Shown here one piece after another: positions 44,495-53,806 of a stretch of 59,346 nucleotides of DNA. The DNA comes from Gammaproteobacteria bacterium. GTDB taxonomy: Bacteria; Pseudomonadota; Gammaproteobacteria; Acidiferrobacterales; SZUA-150. How positions within the stretch are numbered: position 1 is the stretch's first letter; the number at the start of each line of letters is the position of its first letter. Location: positions 1-59,346 of the forward strand of contig JAOUNW010000001.1 in the NCBI GenBank assembly GCA_029880755.1, read 5' to 3'. The position numbers and the translations under genes are program-made. The notes beneath the pieces were generated by a model that saw nothing but the letters and a program-made list of their open reading frames with translations, made no database searches and was not told where the DNA came from.

Positions 44495-46564
44495 TTAAGG
44501 CACGCTGTTGTTGAGCAACATTTGTTTAAATAAAAGTAAATCAGGCAAAGTGATGTATCCGTCCGGTGCGCCGGCTGGATACAGGTCGCCATGCAGCAGG
44601 TCATTGAGAGTTGGGGGAATCTCGCCCATCATGATGCGCCACAACACCACGTAATCGCCTAGGTTGATCAAGCCGTCCGGTGCGCCCAGGGGGCCGACGT
44701 CGCCGTCCATGTAGTTGAAATTGTCCGGGTAGGGATCGTTAACATCGATCAACCCATCTCCATCGTCATCAATATCGCAGGCGTTACCCTGGCCGTCACT
44801 ATCAGTATCAGTCTGATCGATGTTGGCAGTATTAATGCAGTTATCACAGACATCGCCGATGCCGTCGTTGTCTGTATCCAATTGGTCGGCGTTGGGGGTT
44901 GTAAAGCAGTTATCACAGACATCACCAATACCATCGTTATCCATGTCTGTTTGATCTGGATTGGGCGTGGTTAGGCAATTATCGCATATATCACCGATGC
45001 CATCGTTGTCCGCATCCAGTTGATCAGGGTTGGGTGTGATGGCGCAATTGTCGCAGACATCGCCCACGCCATCGTTATCCGTATCCAATTGATCGGGGTT
45101 AGACGTGATAGTGCAGTTGTCGCAAAGGTCGCCGATACCATCACCGTCGGTATCGAGTTGGTCCGCGTTGGGTGTTGATAAACAGTTGTCACAGACATCA
45201 CCAATGCCATCGTTGTCCATATCCAGTTGATCGGGATTGATGGTGAGCGGACAGTTATCAATGTTATCGCAAACACCATCGTTGTCGTTATCCGTGCAGG
45301 GTAATCGTAATAAGGGTTCCTGAATGCCGTCAGGATCATCCGCGCATACGCCATTGATGCCGTTGGCGCAAGGTGTCGGATCACCCAGAGCAATGAGTGC
45401 CGCCTTGACCTGGGCCGGTGTTGCACCGGGGTGATCCACCAGATAGATCGCAGCAGCGCCCGCCACATGAGGACTGGCCATGCTGGTGCCGTCGATGGTA
45501 TTGGTTCCGCCACCTATCCAGGTGGACAGTATCCGAATCCCGGGTGCCATGATATCGACGCCGGAGCCGTAATTGCTAAAGCAGGCGAAACTGTCGTCCA
45601 CATTCTCCGTGCAGGCCGAAAAAGATACACCACCTGTACCTGTGCCGCCGCTTTGTCCATCGAAATCGGAAAGCGCGGACACGGTAATGACATCGGGGTG
45701 ACCAGCAGGTGAAACGTTGCTGACATCAGTGAGTTCATTACCGGCGGCGACCACATAAACGATGCCCGCTGCAACGGAATTGGAGATCGCTGTGTCGAAG
45801 GCGCTGCTTGAACCACTGAAGCCCAGGCTCATATTGACGACCTCGATTTCATTCGCGTGCGCGGTAACGTAATCCATGCCGGCGATGATAATGCTTAGCC
45901 ATGCCCTGCCGGTATCTGGAAATACCTTTACCGCCCACAGACGCGCCCCAGGCGCCATGCCAACAACGCCGATATCGTTGTCAATGGCTGCAGCGGTACC
46001 GGCAACATGAGTGCCGTGTCCTTCATTGTCGTTGGCAGAGACATCATTGTCGACGCAACTGGCGCTATTGATATTGCCGGTGCAGGAGGCGTAATGGAAC
46101 ACATTTAAGTCAGGATGGTCCAGGTCAATGCCGGTATCGAGAATGGCGATGTCCACATCCATGGGATCGTTGATGCCATCGATTTTGGCAGTGGGGTTGG
46201 TATCGGCCTCAGCCCGGTCTATACCCGTGGGCAGTGTCTGCGCATAAAGTTTGACTTCGCGGTCCGGCTCGACCGATAGCACTCTCGGATCTTTTTTCAA
46301 TGCCTGAAGCCGGTTAGCGGGCACCAGAAACGTGGCGCCTCTTAGTGTGTTCCGGTATACAAAGCGGGTTTGTAAGCTATGAACCCGTGCAAGGTCTGTC
46401 GCGATTGCGCGCGGATCTTCAGTTGTTTTGAAAACAACAATATAGCGTTCAAGATTGGTGTTGGCCGGAGGATCGGCTGACCATGCTGCCGGCGTGAGCA
46501 GCAGACAAAGCGAAATGAAAAAATACCTTCTCCATCCGAATATAGTTGGACTGAATGAATTCAT
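44495..46564 (-). CDS. Secreted S8 subtilisin-family serine peptidase with C-terminal thrombospondin type-3 repeats and a dockerin-like tail
   Basis: Signal peptide and an inhibitor-I9-like propeptide. Catalytic triad motifs ILDTGID, HGTHVAG and [11 protein letters not shown]. Seven DxDxDGxGDxCDNC..PN.DQ.D repeats, followed by two APDG.I.L.D segments. Confidence 0.9.
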   Translation of the reverse strand: MNSFSPTIFGWRRYFFISLCLLLTPAAWSADPPANTNLERYIVVFKTTEDPRAIATDLARVHSLQTRFVYRNTLRGATFLVPANRLQALKKDPRVLSVEPDREVKLYAQTLPTGIDRAEADTNPTAKIDGINDPMDVDIAILDTGIDLDHPDLNVFHYASCTGNINSASCVDNDVSANDNEGHGTHVAGTAAAIDNDIGVVGMAPGARLWAVKVFPDTGRAWLSIIIAGMDYVTAHANEIEVVNMSLGFSGSSSAFDTAISNSVAAGIVYVVAAGNELTDVSNVSPAGHPDVITVSALSDFDGQSGGTGTGGVSFSACTENVDDSFACFSNYGSGVDIMAPGIRILSTWIGGGTNTIDGTSMASPHVAGAAAIYLVDHPGATPAQVKAALIALGDPTPCANGINGVCADDPDGIQEPLLRLPCTDNDNDGVCDNIDNCPLTINPDQLDMDNDGIGDVCDNCLSTPNADQLDTDGDGIGDLCDNCTITSNPDQLDTDNDGVGDVCDNCAITPNPDQLDADNDGIGDICDNCLTTPNPDQTDMDNDGIGDVCDNCFTTPNADQLDTDNDGIGDVCDNCINTANIDQTDTDSDGQGNACDIDDDGDGLIDVNDPYPDNFNYMDGDVGPLGAPDGLINLGDYVVLWRIMMGEIPPTLNDLLHGDLYPAGAPDGYITLPDLLLFKQMLLNNSVP
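44745..45297 (-). repeat. Tandem 69-bp (23-codon) coding repeats, about 7 units (TSP3 calcium-binding repeats)
   Basis: Units such as [12 protein letters not shown](x)T(x)PN(x)DQLDT recur with high nucleotide similarity. They generate the spurious alternate-frame ORFs in the track. Confidence 0.85.
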
Positions 46565-46831
46565 TGCTTTTATTGTTACCGGTCCCTTGTATGGGGCCGT
46601 CTCCTCCTTACCGCCCCGATAGAATACCTTATATTAGATGAGGGGTTAACTGGAAAATCGGGATAGGTGTGCTTGGTGCGATAACTTAATGTAAGAAAAC
46701 ACAATAAATACTTGTTCATGGATTTATCAGAGGAGGGAGGCCGCCTTAAATAACTGTAGATTCGTCGCCAAAGGCGAGGAGGGTTGTTGTAAGCCAAGGA
46801 ACTTTCATTGCTTGTCGGGTTCAATGAATAA

Positions 46832-47602
46832 ATGATGTGTGATTCGACGCGTTACAAAAGAATACTTCTAATGCTGGGGATAAGTCATATACTGATGAGC
46901 GCAGAGATGACGCTGGCAGAAGAATATCAAAGTGGCCCGGACCAGTCCGTGATGGTGGAGCTTTACACGTCTGAAGGTTGTAGTAGTTGTCCTCCCGCAG
47001 AGCAGTACCTCAATAGTTATATTGGCACCGCGCAGTTATGGAAAACACATTTCCCCATGGCGTTTCATGTGGACTACTGGGATTATCTGGGATGGAAAGA
47101 CCGGTTTTCCGATTCGGCGCACAGTACCCGCCAACGTGTTTATGCGCGTCACTTAAAGCAGCGTACCCTGTTTACACCCGCGTTTTTTGTTAACGGCCAG
47201 CCCTGGCGGCCGGGTTGGTTTAATGACAAATATCCACCGGTTTCAAGCAAGCCGGGCGGCTTGTTGACAATAAATGTGGAGAAACAGGCGCTAGAGGTGG
47301 ACTACCAGCCAACCAAAAAATTGAATCATCAGGAACTGGTGCTTCACGTGGTTGTGCTGGGCCTGGGCCTAACCACCAACATAGAAGCCGGGGAAAATAA
47401 GGGCCGAATGGCCCGACATGATTTTGTAGTATTGGAGCATGATCGCTATCCAGGCAAGGATGCGAAGTGGCGTGTTACCTTGCCAAAATTTAATAAGTAC
47501 GACGCCAGGGAATTGGCCCTGGTTGCCTGGGTCAGTGTTGTGGGTGACCCCACGCCCCTGCAGGTGGCCGGTGGTCCGTGGCACCCCTCAAAAGATAAGT
47601 AG
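46832..47602 (+). CDS. DUF1223-family secreted thioredoxin-like protein
   Basis: Signature VELYTSEGCSSCPPAE, then DYWDYLGWKD. The N-terminus is signal-like. The exact start is uncertain. Confidence 0.8.
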   Translation: MMCDSTRYKRILLMLGISHILMSAEMTLAEEYQSGPDQSVMVELYTSEGCSSCPPAEQYLNSYIGTAQLWKTHFPMAFHVDYWDYLGWKDRFSDSAHSTRQRVYARHLKQRTLFTPAFFVNGQPWRPGWFNDKYPPVSSKPGGLLTINVEKQALEVDYQPTKKLNHQELVLHVVVLGLGLTTNIEAGENKGRMARHDFVVLEHDRYPGKDAKWRVTLPKFNKYDARELALVAWVSVVGDPTPLQVAGGPWHPSKDK

Positions 47603-47765
47603 GCAGCGAATTATTTTTCGTTAGATCTATTCTCTCACCTTTATTTCAGCCGGTTTGTGGCGCAATATTTGATTAGCAAGGCACCGATGTTGGCGTTCCC
47701 AAAGATTTCCTGTCGATGAGTTCGCCCCGAGCAGCTCAAACCTATTCTTCTTATGGGTGTGTTAA

Positions 47766-49136
47766 GTGACGCATCGCTATACCGAGAGTGATGAAGTGAA
47801 TTTGTCTTTACGGCATTCCGTTAAAGACGGAGTCGCCTATTCTGTTATGAGTGGTGGTGGTGAAAGTTTCTTTTCCGCTTTTGCTCTCTATTTTAAAGCA
47901 AGCACTGCTGAAATCGGTGTGCTCGCTTCGTTACCTCCCATGCTCGCCAGTTTTGCCCAACTGGTGTCTGCGTGGCTGGGGCGGCGCTTTCATCAGCGCA
48001 AAACTATCATACTAATGGGTGCAAGCATGCAGGCAGTCATGCTCATCCCCTTGGGTTTGCTACCCATTTTGTTTCCCGATAATGCTGTCACATTATTGAT
48101 CTTGTCTGCAGTGCTCTATTTTGCCGGCGCTAACCTGGCAACACCGCAGTGGAACAGCCTCATGGGAGACCTGGTGCCGGAGCGTCGCCGTGGCCGTTAC
48201 TTTGCCAGGCGCACACGCTTGTGCAGTATTACTGCATTTAGCTCGTTGATTGTTGCCGGCATTATCCTGGATTTGTTCGACCGTAATGCGTATACCTTGG
48301 CGGGGTACTTGTTGATCTTTGCTGTTGCCATGGGTGCGCGGCTGGTGTCTGTCTACTACTTATGGCAGATGTTGGATCCTTCGCATCATGTGGCTTCGCT
48401 CGAGTCGCCGTTTAAGGCGGGCATTACTAAACAGTTATTCAAATCCCGGTTTATCCATTTTTCAAGTTTCTATGCCTTGATGCAGCTTGCCGTGGCGATC
48501 GCTTCACCATTCTTTATTGTTTACCAGTTACGAGATTTACAGTTCTCTTATCTGGAATACACCGTGAGCACGTCAATGTCTGTGCTCATGCAATTCATTG
48601 CCTTAAATCGCTGGGGGCGTATCAGTGATGTGTTCGGTAATCGTCTGATTCTAGCCACAACCGGTTTTATGATTCCTGTATTGCCTTTTCTTTGGTTGTT
48701 GTCGACGAATTACATTTATATTTTGCTGGTACAAGCCTTTGGTGGCCTGGCGTGGGCTGGTTTTTCATTAAGCGCCAGCAATTATTTGTATGATTTGATA
48801 CCGTCAAAAAAACGGGCGACGTACATGGCATTTCATAACGTACTAGCCAGCATCGCTGTGTTTTTGGGTGCATTGATTGGCGGTTACCTGGGTACGCATC
48901 TGCCAAAACAGGTTGAGATATTCGGCGAGACCTATGAGTGGTTGAGTGTGTTATACGGTGTATTTCTCGCCTCAGGTATTATGCGGTTGAGTGCATCCCT
49001 GATCTTTCTACCTCGCCTGAAGGAGATGCGCGATGTCAGGCCCATGACCGTACGGGGTCTGATCTTTCGAGTGGCGCGCTTCTCTCTATCTGGGTTGACC
49101 TTTGATGTTATCGGCCAAAAGCGGCGCAAGCCGTAA
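47766..49136 (+). CDS. MFS transporter
   Basis: About 12 hydrophobic helices, with an MFS loop motif GDLVPERRRGRYF between TM2 and TM3. GTG start. Confidence 0.85.
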   Translation: MTHRYTESDEVNLSLRHSVKDGVAYSVMSGGGESFFSAFALYFKASTAEIGVLASLPPMLASFAQLVSAWLGRRFHQRKTIILMGASMQAVMLIPLGLLPILFPDNAVTLLILSAVLYFAGANLATPQWNSLMGDLVPERRRGRYFARRTRLCSITAFSSLIVAGIILDLFDRNAYTLAGYLLIFAVAMGARLVSVYYLWQMLDPSHHVASLESPFKAGITKQLFKSRFIHFSSFYALMQLAVAIASPFFIVYQLRDLQFSYLEYTVSTSMSVLMQFIALNRWGRISDVFGNRLILATTGFMIPVLPFLWLLSTNYIYILLVQAFGGLAWAGFSLSASNYLYDLIPSKKRATYMAFHNVLASIAVFLGALIGGYLGTHLPKQVEIFGETYEWLSVLYGVFLASGIMRLSASLIFLPRLKEMRDVRPMTVRGLIFRVARFSLSGLTFDVIGQKRRKP

Positions 49137-50336
49137 TCATCTTGCTACCGGCGTAACCTTGTCGGCAGCGAGTTTGGCGTTTCTTCGAGCGGCATCGGTA
49201 TCGTTGGCATAAGCCAGTGCCACACCCATACGTCGCCGCGTAAAAGCCTCTGGTTTGCCAAACAAGCGGATTTCCGTATTGGGTACACGCAAGGCCTCAT
49301 CGACATTCTCAAACGCAATGCCTTTTTCATCCATGGCGCCGTAGATAACGGCGCTGGCGCCGGGGTTGCGCAATGCGGTGGAAACGGGTAAGCCGAGTAC
49401 AGCGCGGGCGTGTAATTCGAATTCATTTTGCATTTGAGTAATCATAGTCACCATGCCGGTATCATGCGGCCGCGGACTGACCTCGCTAAACCAAACCTGA
49501 TCACCCTTAATAAACAACTCAACACCGAAAAGACCCATGCCGCCGAGATTGCCGGTAACGGCGCCGGCAATTTCGCGGGCGCGTTGCAGCGCTGCCGGAC
49601 TCATGGGTTGAGGTTGCCAGCTTTCCACGTAATCGCCTTTCACCTGGATATGACCGATAGGTTCACAGAAATGGGTTTCAACTTCCCCGGCAGCGTCTAA
49701 GGCGCGAACTGTAAGTAAAGTGATCTCATAATCGAAATCGATTTTTTGCTCAACAATAATGCGCGTTTTTTGAACTCGACCGCCGCTCATGGCGTAGTCC
49801 CAGGCGCTTTGAATATCATCCGGGCCATTGATAGTGGATTGTCCTTTGCCGGACGAGGACATAACCGGCTTAACGATACAGGGATAACCGATGCCATCGT
49901 CGATGGCTTGTGTTAATTGTTCCAGGGATTCGGCAAAGGCATAACGTGAGGTCGGCAGATCTAATTCCTCCGCCGCCATACGCCGGATTCCTTCGCGGTT
50001 CATGGTCAGTTGCGCGGCGCGGGCCGTTGGAATGACGGTGGCCAATTCTTGGGCCTCGATATTGGCCAATTCATCCGTGGCAATGGCTTCAATCTCCGGC
50101 ACGATAAGGTCAGGGCGCTCCTGCTCCACCAATTGGCGCAGGGCTTTTGCATCAGCCATGTTGATGACATGAGCCCGATGCGCCACCTGGTGCCCCGGGG
50201 CATTGGCGTAGCGGTCAACCGCAATTACCTCTACACCCAGTCGTTGTAGGGCAATAATGACTTCCTTGCCCAGCTCGCCGCTGCCTAACAACATGACTTT
50301 GGTGGCCGACGGGGAAAGAGGCGTGCCGATGCGCAT
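49137..50336 (-). CDS. purT: Formate-dependent phosphoribosylglycinamide formyltransferase (GAR transformylase 2)
   Basis: The N-terminus [26 protein letters not shown] and the ATP-grasp core match PurT. AGGAG precedes the ATG at 50336. Its stop abuts the MFS stop. Confidence 0.95.
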   Translation of the reverse strand: MRIGTPLSPSATKVMLLGSGELGKEVIIALQRLGVEVIAVDRYANAPGHQVAHRAHVINMADAKALRQLVEQERPDLIVPEIEAIATDELANIEAQELATVIPTARAAQLTMNREGIRRMAAEELDLPTSRYAFAESLEQLTQAIDDGIGYPCIVKPVMSSSGKGQSTINGPDDIQSAWDYAMSGGRVQKTRIIVEQKIDFDYEITLLTVRALDAAGEVETHFCEPIGHIQVKGDYVESWQPQPMSPAALQRAREIAGAVTGNLGGMGLFGVELFIKGDQVWFSEVSPRPHDTGMVTMITQMQNEFELHARAVLGLPVSTALRNPGASAVIYGAMDEKGIAFENVDEALRVPNTEIRLFGKPEAFTRRRMGVALAYANDTDAARRNAKLAADKVTPVAR

Positions 50337-50488
50337 GGTGGATCTCCTTATTGGGTGAGGGCGCCATTCTAATGGGTGGGCCTGGAAATACAAAAACCCC
50401 TGAAGGGGACTTTATTTTTCGCGCGCGACCAGAACGAGCGTAGCGATGTTCAGGAAGTGCTTAATGAAACGCCGCAGGCGGTTCTAAA

Positions 50489-50697
50489 GCGCCCGGAGAG
50501 ATTACTCGGGGCTCTGCCCCTCGCCCTTTGGGCCAGCGTCGCTCACTGCGCTCCGCTGTTCCACCCGCTGAATTTACTTCATGCGCCAGCCTGCTTGGCT
50601 CAGGCGCATGCCATTCAGCGGGATGGTCGAACTGAGGAGTTCGCTCTCAACCTGGGCACGAAAAAATAAAAACCCCCTTGCGGGGGCTTTAATTTTT
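50489..50697 (-). repeat. tRNA-Arg-linked repeat unit A: terminator hairpin, ~155-bp body, then a 15-16-nt copy of the tRNA 3' end
   Basis: gcgcccggagagatt at 50489-50503 is identical to 50886-50900. Hairpin cccccttgcggggg at 50673-50686. The body is homologous to unit B. Confidence 0.75.
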
Positions 50698-50883
50698 TGG
50701 CGCGCCCGGAGAGATTATTCGGCGCAAGCGCCTCACCCCGTTCGGGGCCGCCGTCGCAACAATCGCTCCGGCGTTCCACACTGCTTCGCAGTGTGGTCGA
50801 ACAGGTTTATGACGACGTCGGGAGTTCGAATGTCACGCTAACCCACCAAATAAAAAAAGGCCCTAAAGGACCTGTTTTTTATT
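50698..50883 (-). repeat. tRNA-Arg-linked repeat unit B: terminator hairpin, ~130-bp body, then a 19-nt copy of the tRNA 3' end including CCA
   Basis: tggcgcgcccggagagatt at 50698-50716 is identical to 50884-50902. The hairpin at 50858-50873 has a U-run on the minus strand. An inverted 15-nt T-arm fragment lies at 50817-50831. Confidence 0.8.
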
Positions 50884-50960
50884 TGGCGCGCCCGGAGAGA
50901 TTCGAACTCCCGACCAACCGGTTCGAAGCCGGTTACTCTATCCAGCTGAGCTACGGGCGC
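50884..50960 (-). tRNA. tRNA-Arg, anticodon UCG, CCA encoded
   Basis: The reverse complement folds by hand into a cloverleaf. Acceptor stem gcgcccg/cgggcgc, D stem gctc/gagt, anticodon stem accgg/ccggt with loop cuUCGaa, and T arm gggag-ttcgaat-ctctc. It closely resembles E. coli tRNA-Arg. Confidence 0.95.
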
Positions 50961-51070
50961 AATGGCCGTGAAGCGTATCACGAAAACAGGGGGGCAAGTC
51001 AGGATACGATTTACCTAAACAAAAATCCCGGCTGGGCCGGGATTTTTGTTTAACGATTGATCGCAAGTGG

Positions 51071-51274
51071 CTAGTTAAAGGCATTGCCCGGTTTGGCGCC
51101 CAGGGCCTTCAGGATCATTGCCAGAGGGCAAAAGCGGGTAAAGGCTGCCTGCAGCAGGTTGACTCCCACAAACAGAGTTAAAGCCAGCCAATAGACGGAA
51201 AAGAGCTGGGACAGGGCCACGCTGAAGAGAACAACAAAGCCGGCAAAGGCCAATACAATACGGTCGATACTCAT
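51071..51274 (-). CDS. DUF2892-family (YgaP-like) small membrane protein
   Basis: 67 aa, two TM helices, and the conserved FCP motif ([15 protein letters not shown]). Confidence 0.8.
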   Translation of the reverse strand: MSIDRIVLAFAGFVVLFSVALSQLFSVYWLALTLFVGVNLLQAAFTRFCPLAMILKALGAKPGNAFN

Positions 51275-51349
51275 GAACTACTTACCTCATTTTGTAATCT
51301 GGGGCAGGCGGGCATCGAGCCGGACTGCCAGGTTAAATCGAGGCGCATA

Positions 51350-51369
51350 ATATTAGCAACTGCTAATAT
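51350..51369. promoter_or_regulatory. Candidate operator: 9-2-9 perfect inverted repeat
   Basis: atattagca-ac-tgctaatat lies in the divergent intergenic region between the DUF2892 gene and the methyltransferase gene. Confidence 0.3.
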
Positions 51370-51485
51370 AATCCAGTCCTTAAAGACAGAGAATCTGTGC
51401 GCCTTCTAGTCAAGCGTGGCGGCTGTTTTGCTTAATACTGGGCTCCATCGCTAAAATGACCCTCCTTGCGCGCCGGAGAGTCTTA

Positions 51486-52130
51486 ATGAGCTGCTGTTGC
51501 CCCCATGCCCGATCGGCTAGCCGTATATTTTCTTTTTTCGCTCGCCGCTACCGCAGGCGCTTTGAGAAAAAGGGCTTTGAGCCCTCTCAGAAGCAGCTCA
51601 TGGCGGGATTAAGCGAGGCAGGTTTTGCCGGGAAAACCCTGCTGGAGATTGGTAGCGGTGTTGGTCATTTACATCAGACGCTGCTGGAGCAGGGGGCTGG
51701 GTCTGCGGTGGGTGTTGATCTGGCTCCCAGGATGATTGACGAGGCCCGGCGTTGGGCCAGGGAGCGGCAGCTCGAATCGCGCGTCACTTATCTTGAGGGC
51801 GATTTCATTAATCTGGCGGATGCGCTGGAACCCGCCGATATTACTGTGCTGGATAAGGTGGTCTGTTGTTATCCGGATGCGGAAGGTCTGGTTAAGCAGT
51901 CCCTGAGAAAAACCAAGGGAGTGTACGCCTTAACCTATCCACGTAACCGCTGGTACGTATGGCTTGGTGGGCAAGCGCAGGCATTGATTATGGCACTTAT
52001 ACGCTCGGACTTTCGCGCTTATGTGCATGATCCGGAGCAAGTGGAACGATGGATTAGTGCCGCGGGTTTTCGTAAGGTCTACCAGGCCACCACCGTTATC
52101 TGGCTAACCCAGGTGTACACCAAAGTTTAA
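51486..52130 (+). CDS. Class I SAM-dependent methyltransferase with an N-terminal CCC motif
   Basis: MSCCCPH..., then SAM motif LLEIGSGVGH and VLDKVVCCYPD. I prefer the ATG at 51486 to the one at 51456. Confidence 0.7.
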   Translation: MSCCCPHARSASRIFSFFARRYRRRFEKKGFEPSQKQLMAGLSEAGFAGKTLLEIGSGVGHLHQTLLEQGAGSAVGVDLAPRMIDEARRWARERQLESRVTYLEGDFINLADALEPADITVLDKVVCCYPDAEGLVKQSLRKTKGVYALTYPRNRWYVWLGGQAQALIMALIRSDFRAYVHDPEQVERWISAAGFRKVYQATTVIWLTQVYTKV

Positions 52131-53122
52131 GGAGTCAATTGGGTTATGCGGTTGTTTGGGTAAGGGGTTGCGCCACAAACAGAGCGACTATCCTCATTGC
52201 CTGTGTTTCCATCTTTCAGATTAAGGCTCGCCTGCATTCGCAGTTGATCGGCGTGCTCTTTTCGTTTGTATTCCAGGTACCGGACCTTGTCCATCTCATA
52301 GAGTTGTTCAGGATATTTTTCCGTCAATTCAAACCAGCGGTTTATGCTGGCCTCAAATTGTTTATCCGGGTCTGCAGACAGTGAATCAAGGTAACTTTGA
52401 ATGGCAAAGTAATAACGCATGACATTGCGTTCGGCTACTCCTTGTACGCCTTCCACATAGACCGGTTCGCCATTAGCCGAGATGTCTACAGTGCTGAAGC
52501 CTTTTTTGTTGTTACCCAAAGACGCAAAGTAGCCATTCATGGCCGCATGAGTGACAAGGCCATAGGCATAGGAATAACTGAAGTGAATAAAGGTTGAAGA
52601 GCCATCGATAGGAACCGCTTCTGCATAGATATAGTATTTTTTTGTATCTAAGGGACCTTTTTGCGCGACAAGCGAGGACTTGAAATAGTTGTCCTCGTAG
52701 GCGGAACGTTCAAATTGGTACTTGATGCGGAACACCCTCTCAGGGTTCATGTAATATTTGCGGCCCGTATAAAAATTCAGCTGACATGTATTTTCGACCA
52801 TCTGATATGTGCATGCCTTGATATTAATGTGTTGGGGAACAATCTGGCACCAGGTTAATGGGGAGCCAAGTGCGTCTCTGACTTGATCAAAGGAATGGGG
52901 AATGACACCGTAGACGTCACCATGCATGGTCCGGTCCTGGCTGCCTGATTCCAGATAAATCGGGATGCCATAGACGTTACTCGACAGCGATTCAGCAAGA
53001 GCGATATGTTTTTTTTGAAGGGAATCGGCTTCCGCCAAGGCGCCGGACACAGGGGCCAGGAAGGCAACACAGAGCGCTATGCTGCGGAAATAACGGCGAA
53101 TAGAAGAATGCGCGAAGGTCAT
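52127..53122 (-). CDS. Secreted hypothetical protein
   Basis: The start at MTFAHSS... gives a signal peptide (…FLAPVSGALA). About 330 aa. No family recognised. Confidence 0.6.
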   Translation of the reverse strand: MTFAHSSIRRYFRSIALCVAFLAPVSGALAEADSLQKKHIALAESLSSNVYGIPIYLESGSQDRTMHGDVYGVIPHSFDQVRDALGSPLTWCQIVPQHINIKACTYQMVENTCQLNFYTGRKYYMNPERVFRIKYQFERSAYEDNYFKSSLVAQKGPLDTKKYYIYAEAVPIDGSSTFIHFSYSYAYGLVTHAAMNGYFASLGNNKKGFSTVDISANGEPVYVEGVQGVAERNVMRYYFAIQSYLDSLSADPDKQFEASINRWFELTEKYPEQLYEMDKVRYLEYKRKEHADQLRMQASLNLKDGNTGNEDSRSVCGATPYPNNRITQLTP

Positions 53123-53179
53123 ATAGCCTCTAGATATGGGCGCCGGCAACAAGTATCAAGGTGATTTCCCGGATTTCTG

Positions 53180-53731
53180 CTAGTGCTCCATGTTTTTGAG
53201 TTCTGCGATGATATCCTGCACCAGTTTCCGCCCTTGTTCACCCATGCGTTGTGTTAATTGCTCCACATCTCTTTCACCATCCACGAGCTTCCCCATAATG
53301 CCGCCCATTTGCTGCATGTCACCGTGGGACTGGGTCATTTGTTTTGCCAGATATGCCAGGGCTTGCAGGGCCTCCGGATCTCCCCGCCGGGCAGCGTGAA
53401 TCATCATGGCCATGCCGGGTGCCGCCATATTCGGGTCCGCCTGTTTGTTTGTGTCCGGCAGCGTATTGGGATCATGCAAGCCGGCAAGGATGCTTTGTAT
53501 AATGACACGGTCCTCGTCATCCAGGCCTTTTAGCAGGCTTTCGTCGCGCCGTCCGGCAACAATGCGGCGAATGGTATCCACCAGGTCGGTCCAGCCGTTC
53601 TGCGCTGCCTGGGTTAGCAATCTGTCCAGCAAGGGGCGTTCCTGTTCGTTATGGCAGGCTTTGACTACTTGATGGATCAGCAGGGCATGCATGTTGCGTA
53701 TTTGTTCATCGCGTGCGGGAAACTGTGTCAT
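53180..53731 (-). CDS. Hypothetical protein (183 aa, helical)
   Basis: Long ORF with no competing frame. No family recognised. Confidence 0.55.
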   Translation of the reverse strand: MTQFPARDEQIRNMHALLIHQVVKACHNEQERPLLDRLLTQAAQNGWTDLVDTIRRIVAGRRDESLLKGLDDEDRVIIQSILAGLHDPNTLPDTNKQADPNMAAPGMAMMIHAARRGDPEALQALAYLAKQMTQSHGDMQQMGGIMGKLVDGERDVEQLTQRMGEQGRKLVQDIIAELKNMEH

Positions 53732-53806
53732 GTTACAAAGACCTGTGGGTTGCGCGGGGTCACTATAAAAGGTTTCGAATAGCGGAACAACCGGGGTCGC
53801 ATGTTG

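Noticed and set aside
44749-45816. Alternate-frame ORFs (61, 180 and 100 aa) inside the subtilase gene
   Set aside because: They are by-products of the 69-bp tandem repeats and GC-rich codons. The main frame carries the full S8 triad.
50774-50849. Possible second tRNA on the plus strand (T-arm-like gtcgggagttcgaat, 8-bp stem with a cttcg loop, ...acccacca end)
   Set aside because: The T stem cannot pair (gggag versus gtcac), and no acceptor or D arm can be drawn. I treat it as part of repeat unit B.
50376-51053. Three plus-strand ORFs (97, 86 and 118 aa) spanning the tRNA-Arg region
   Set aside because: They run through a tRNA gene, terminator hairpins and repeat units. They are not credible as coding sequence.
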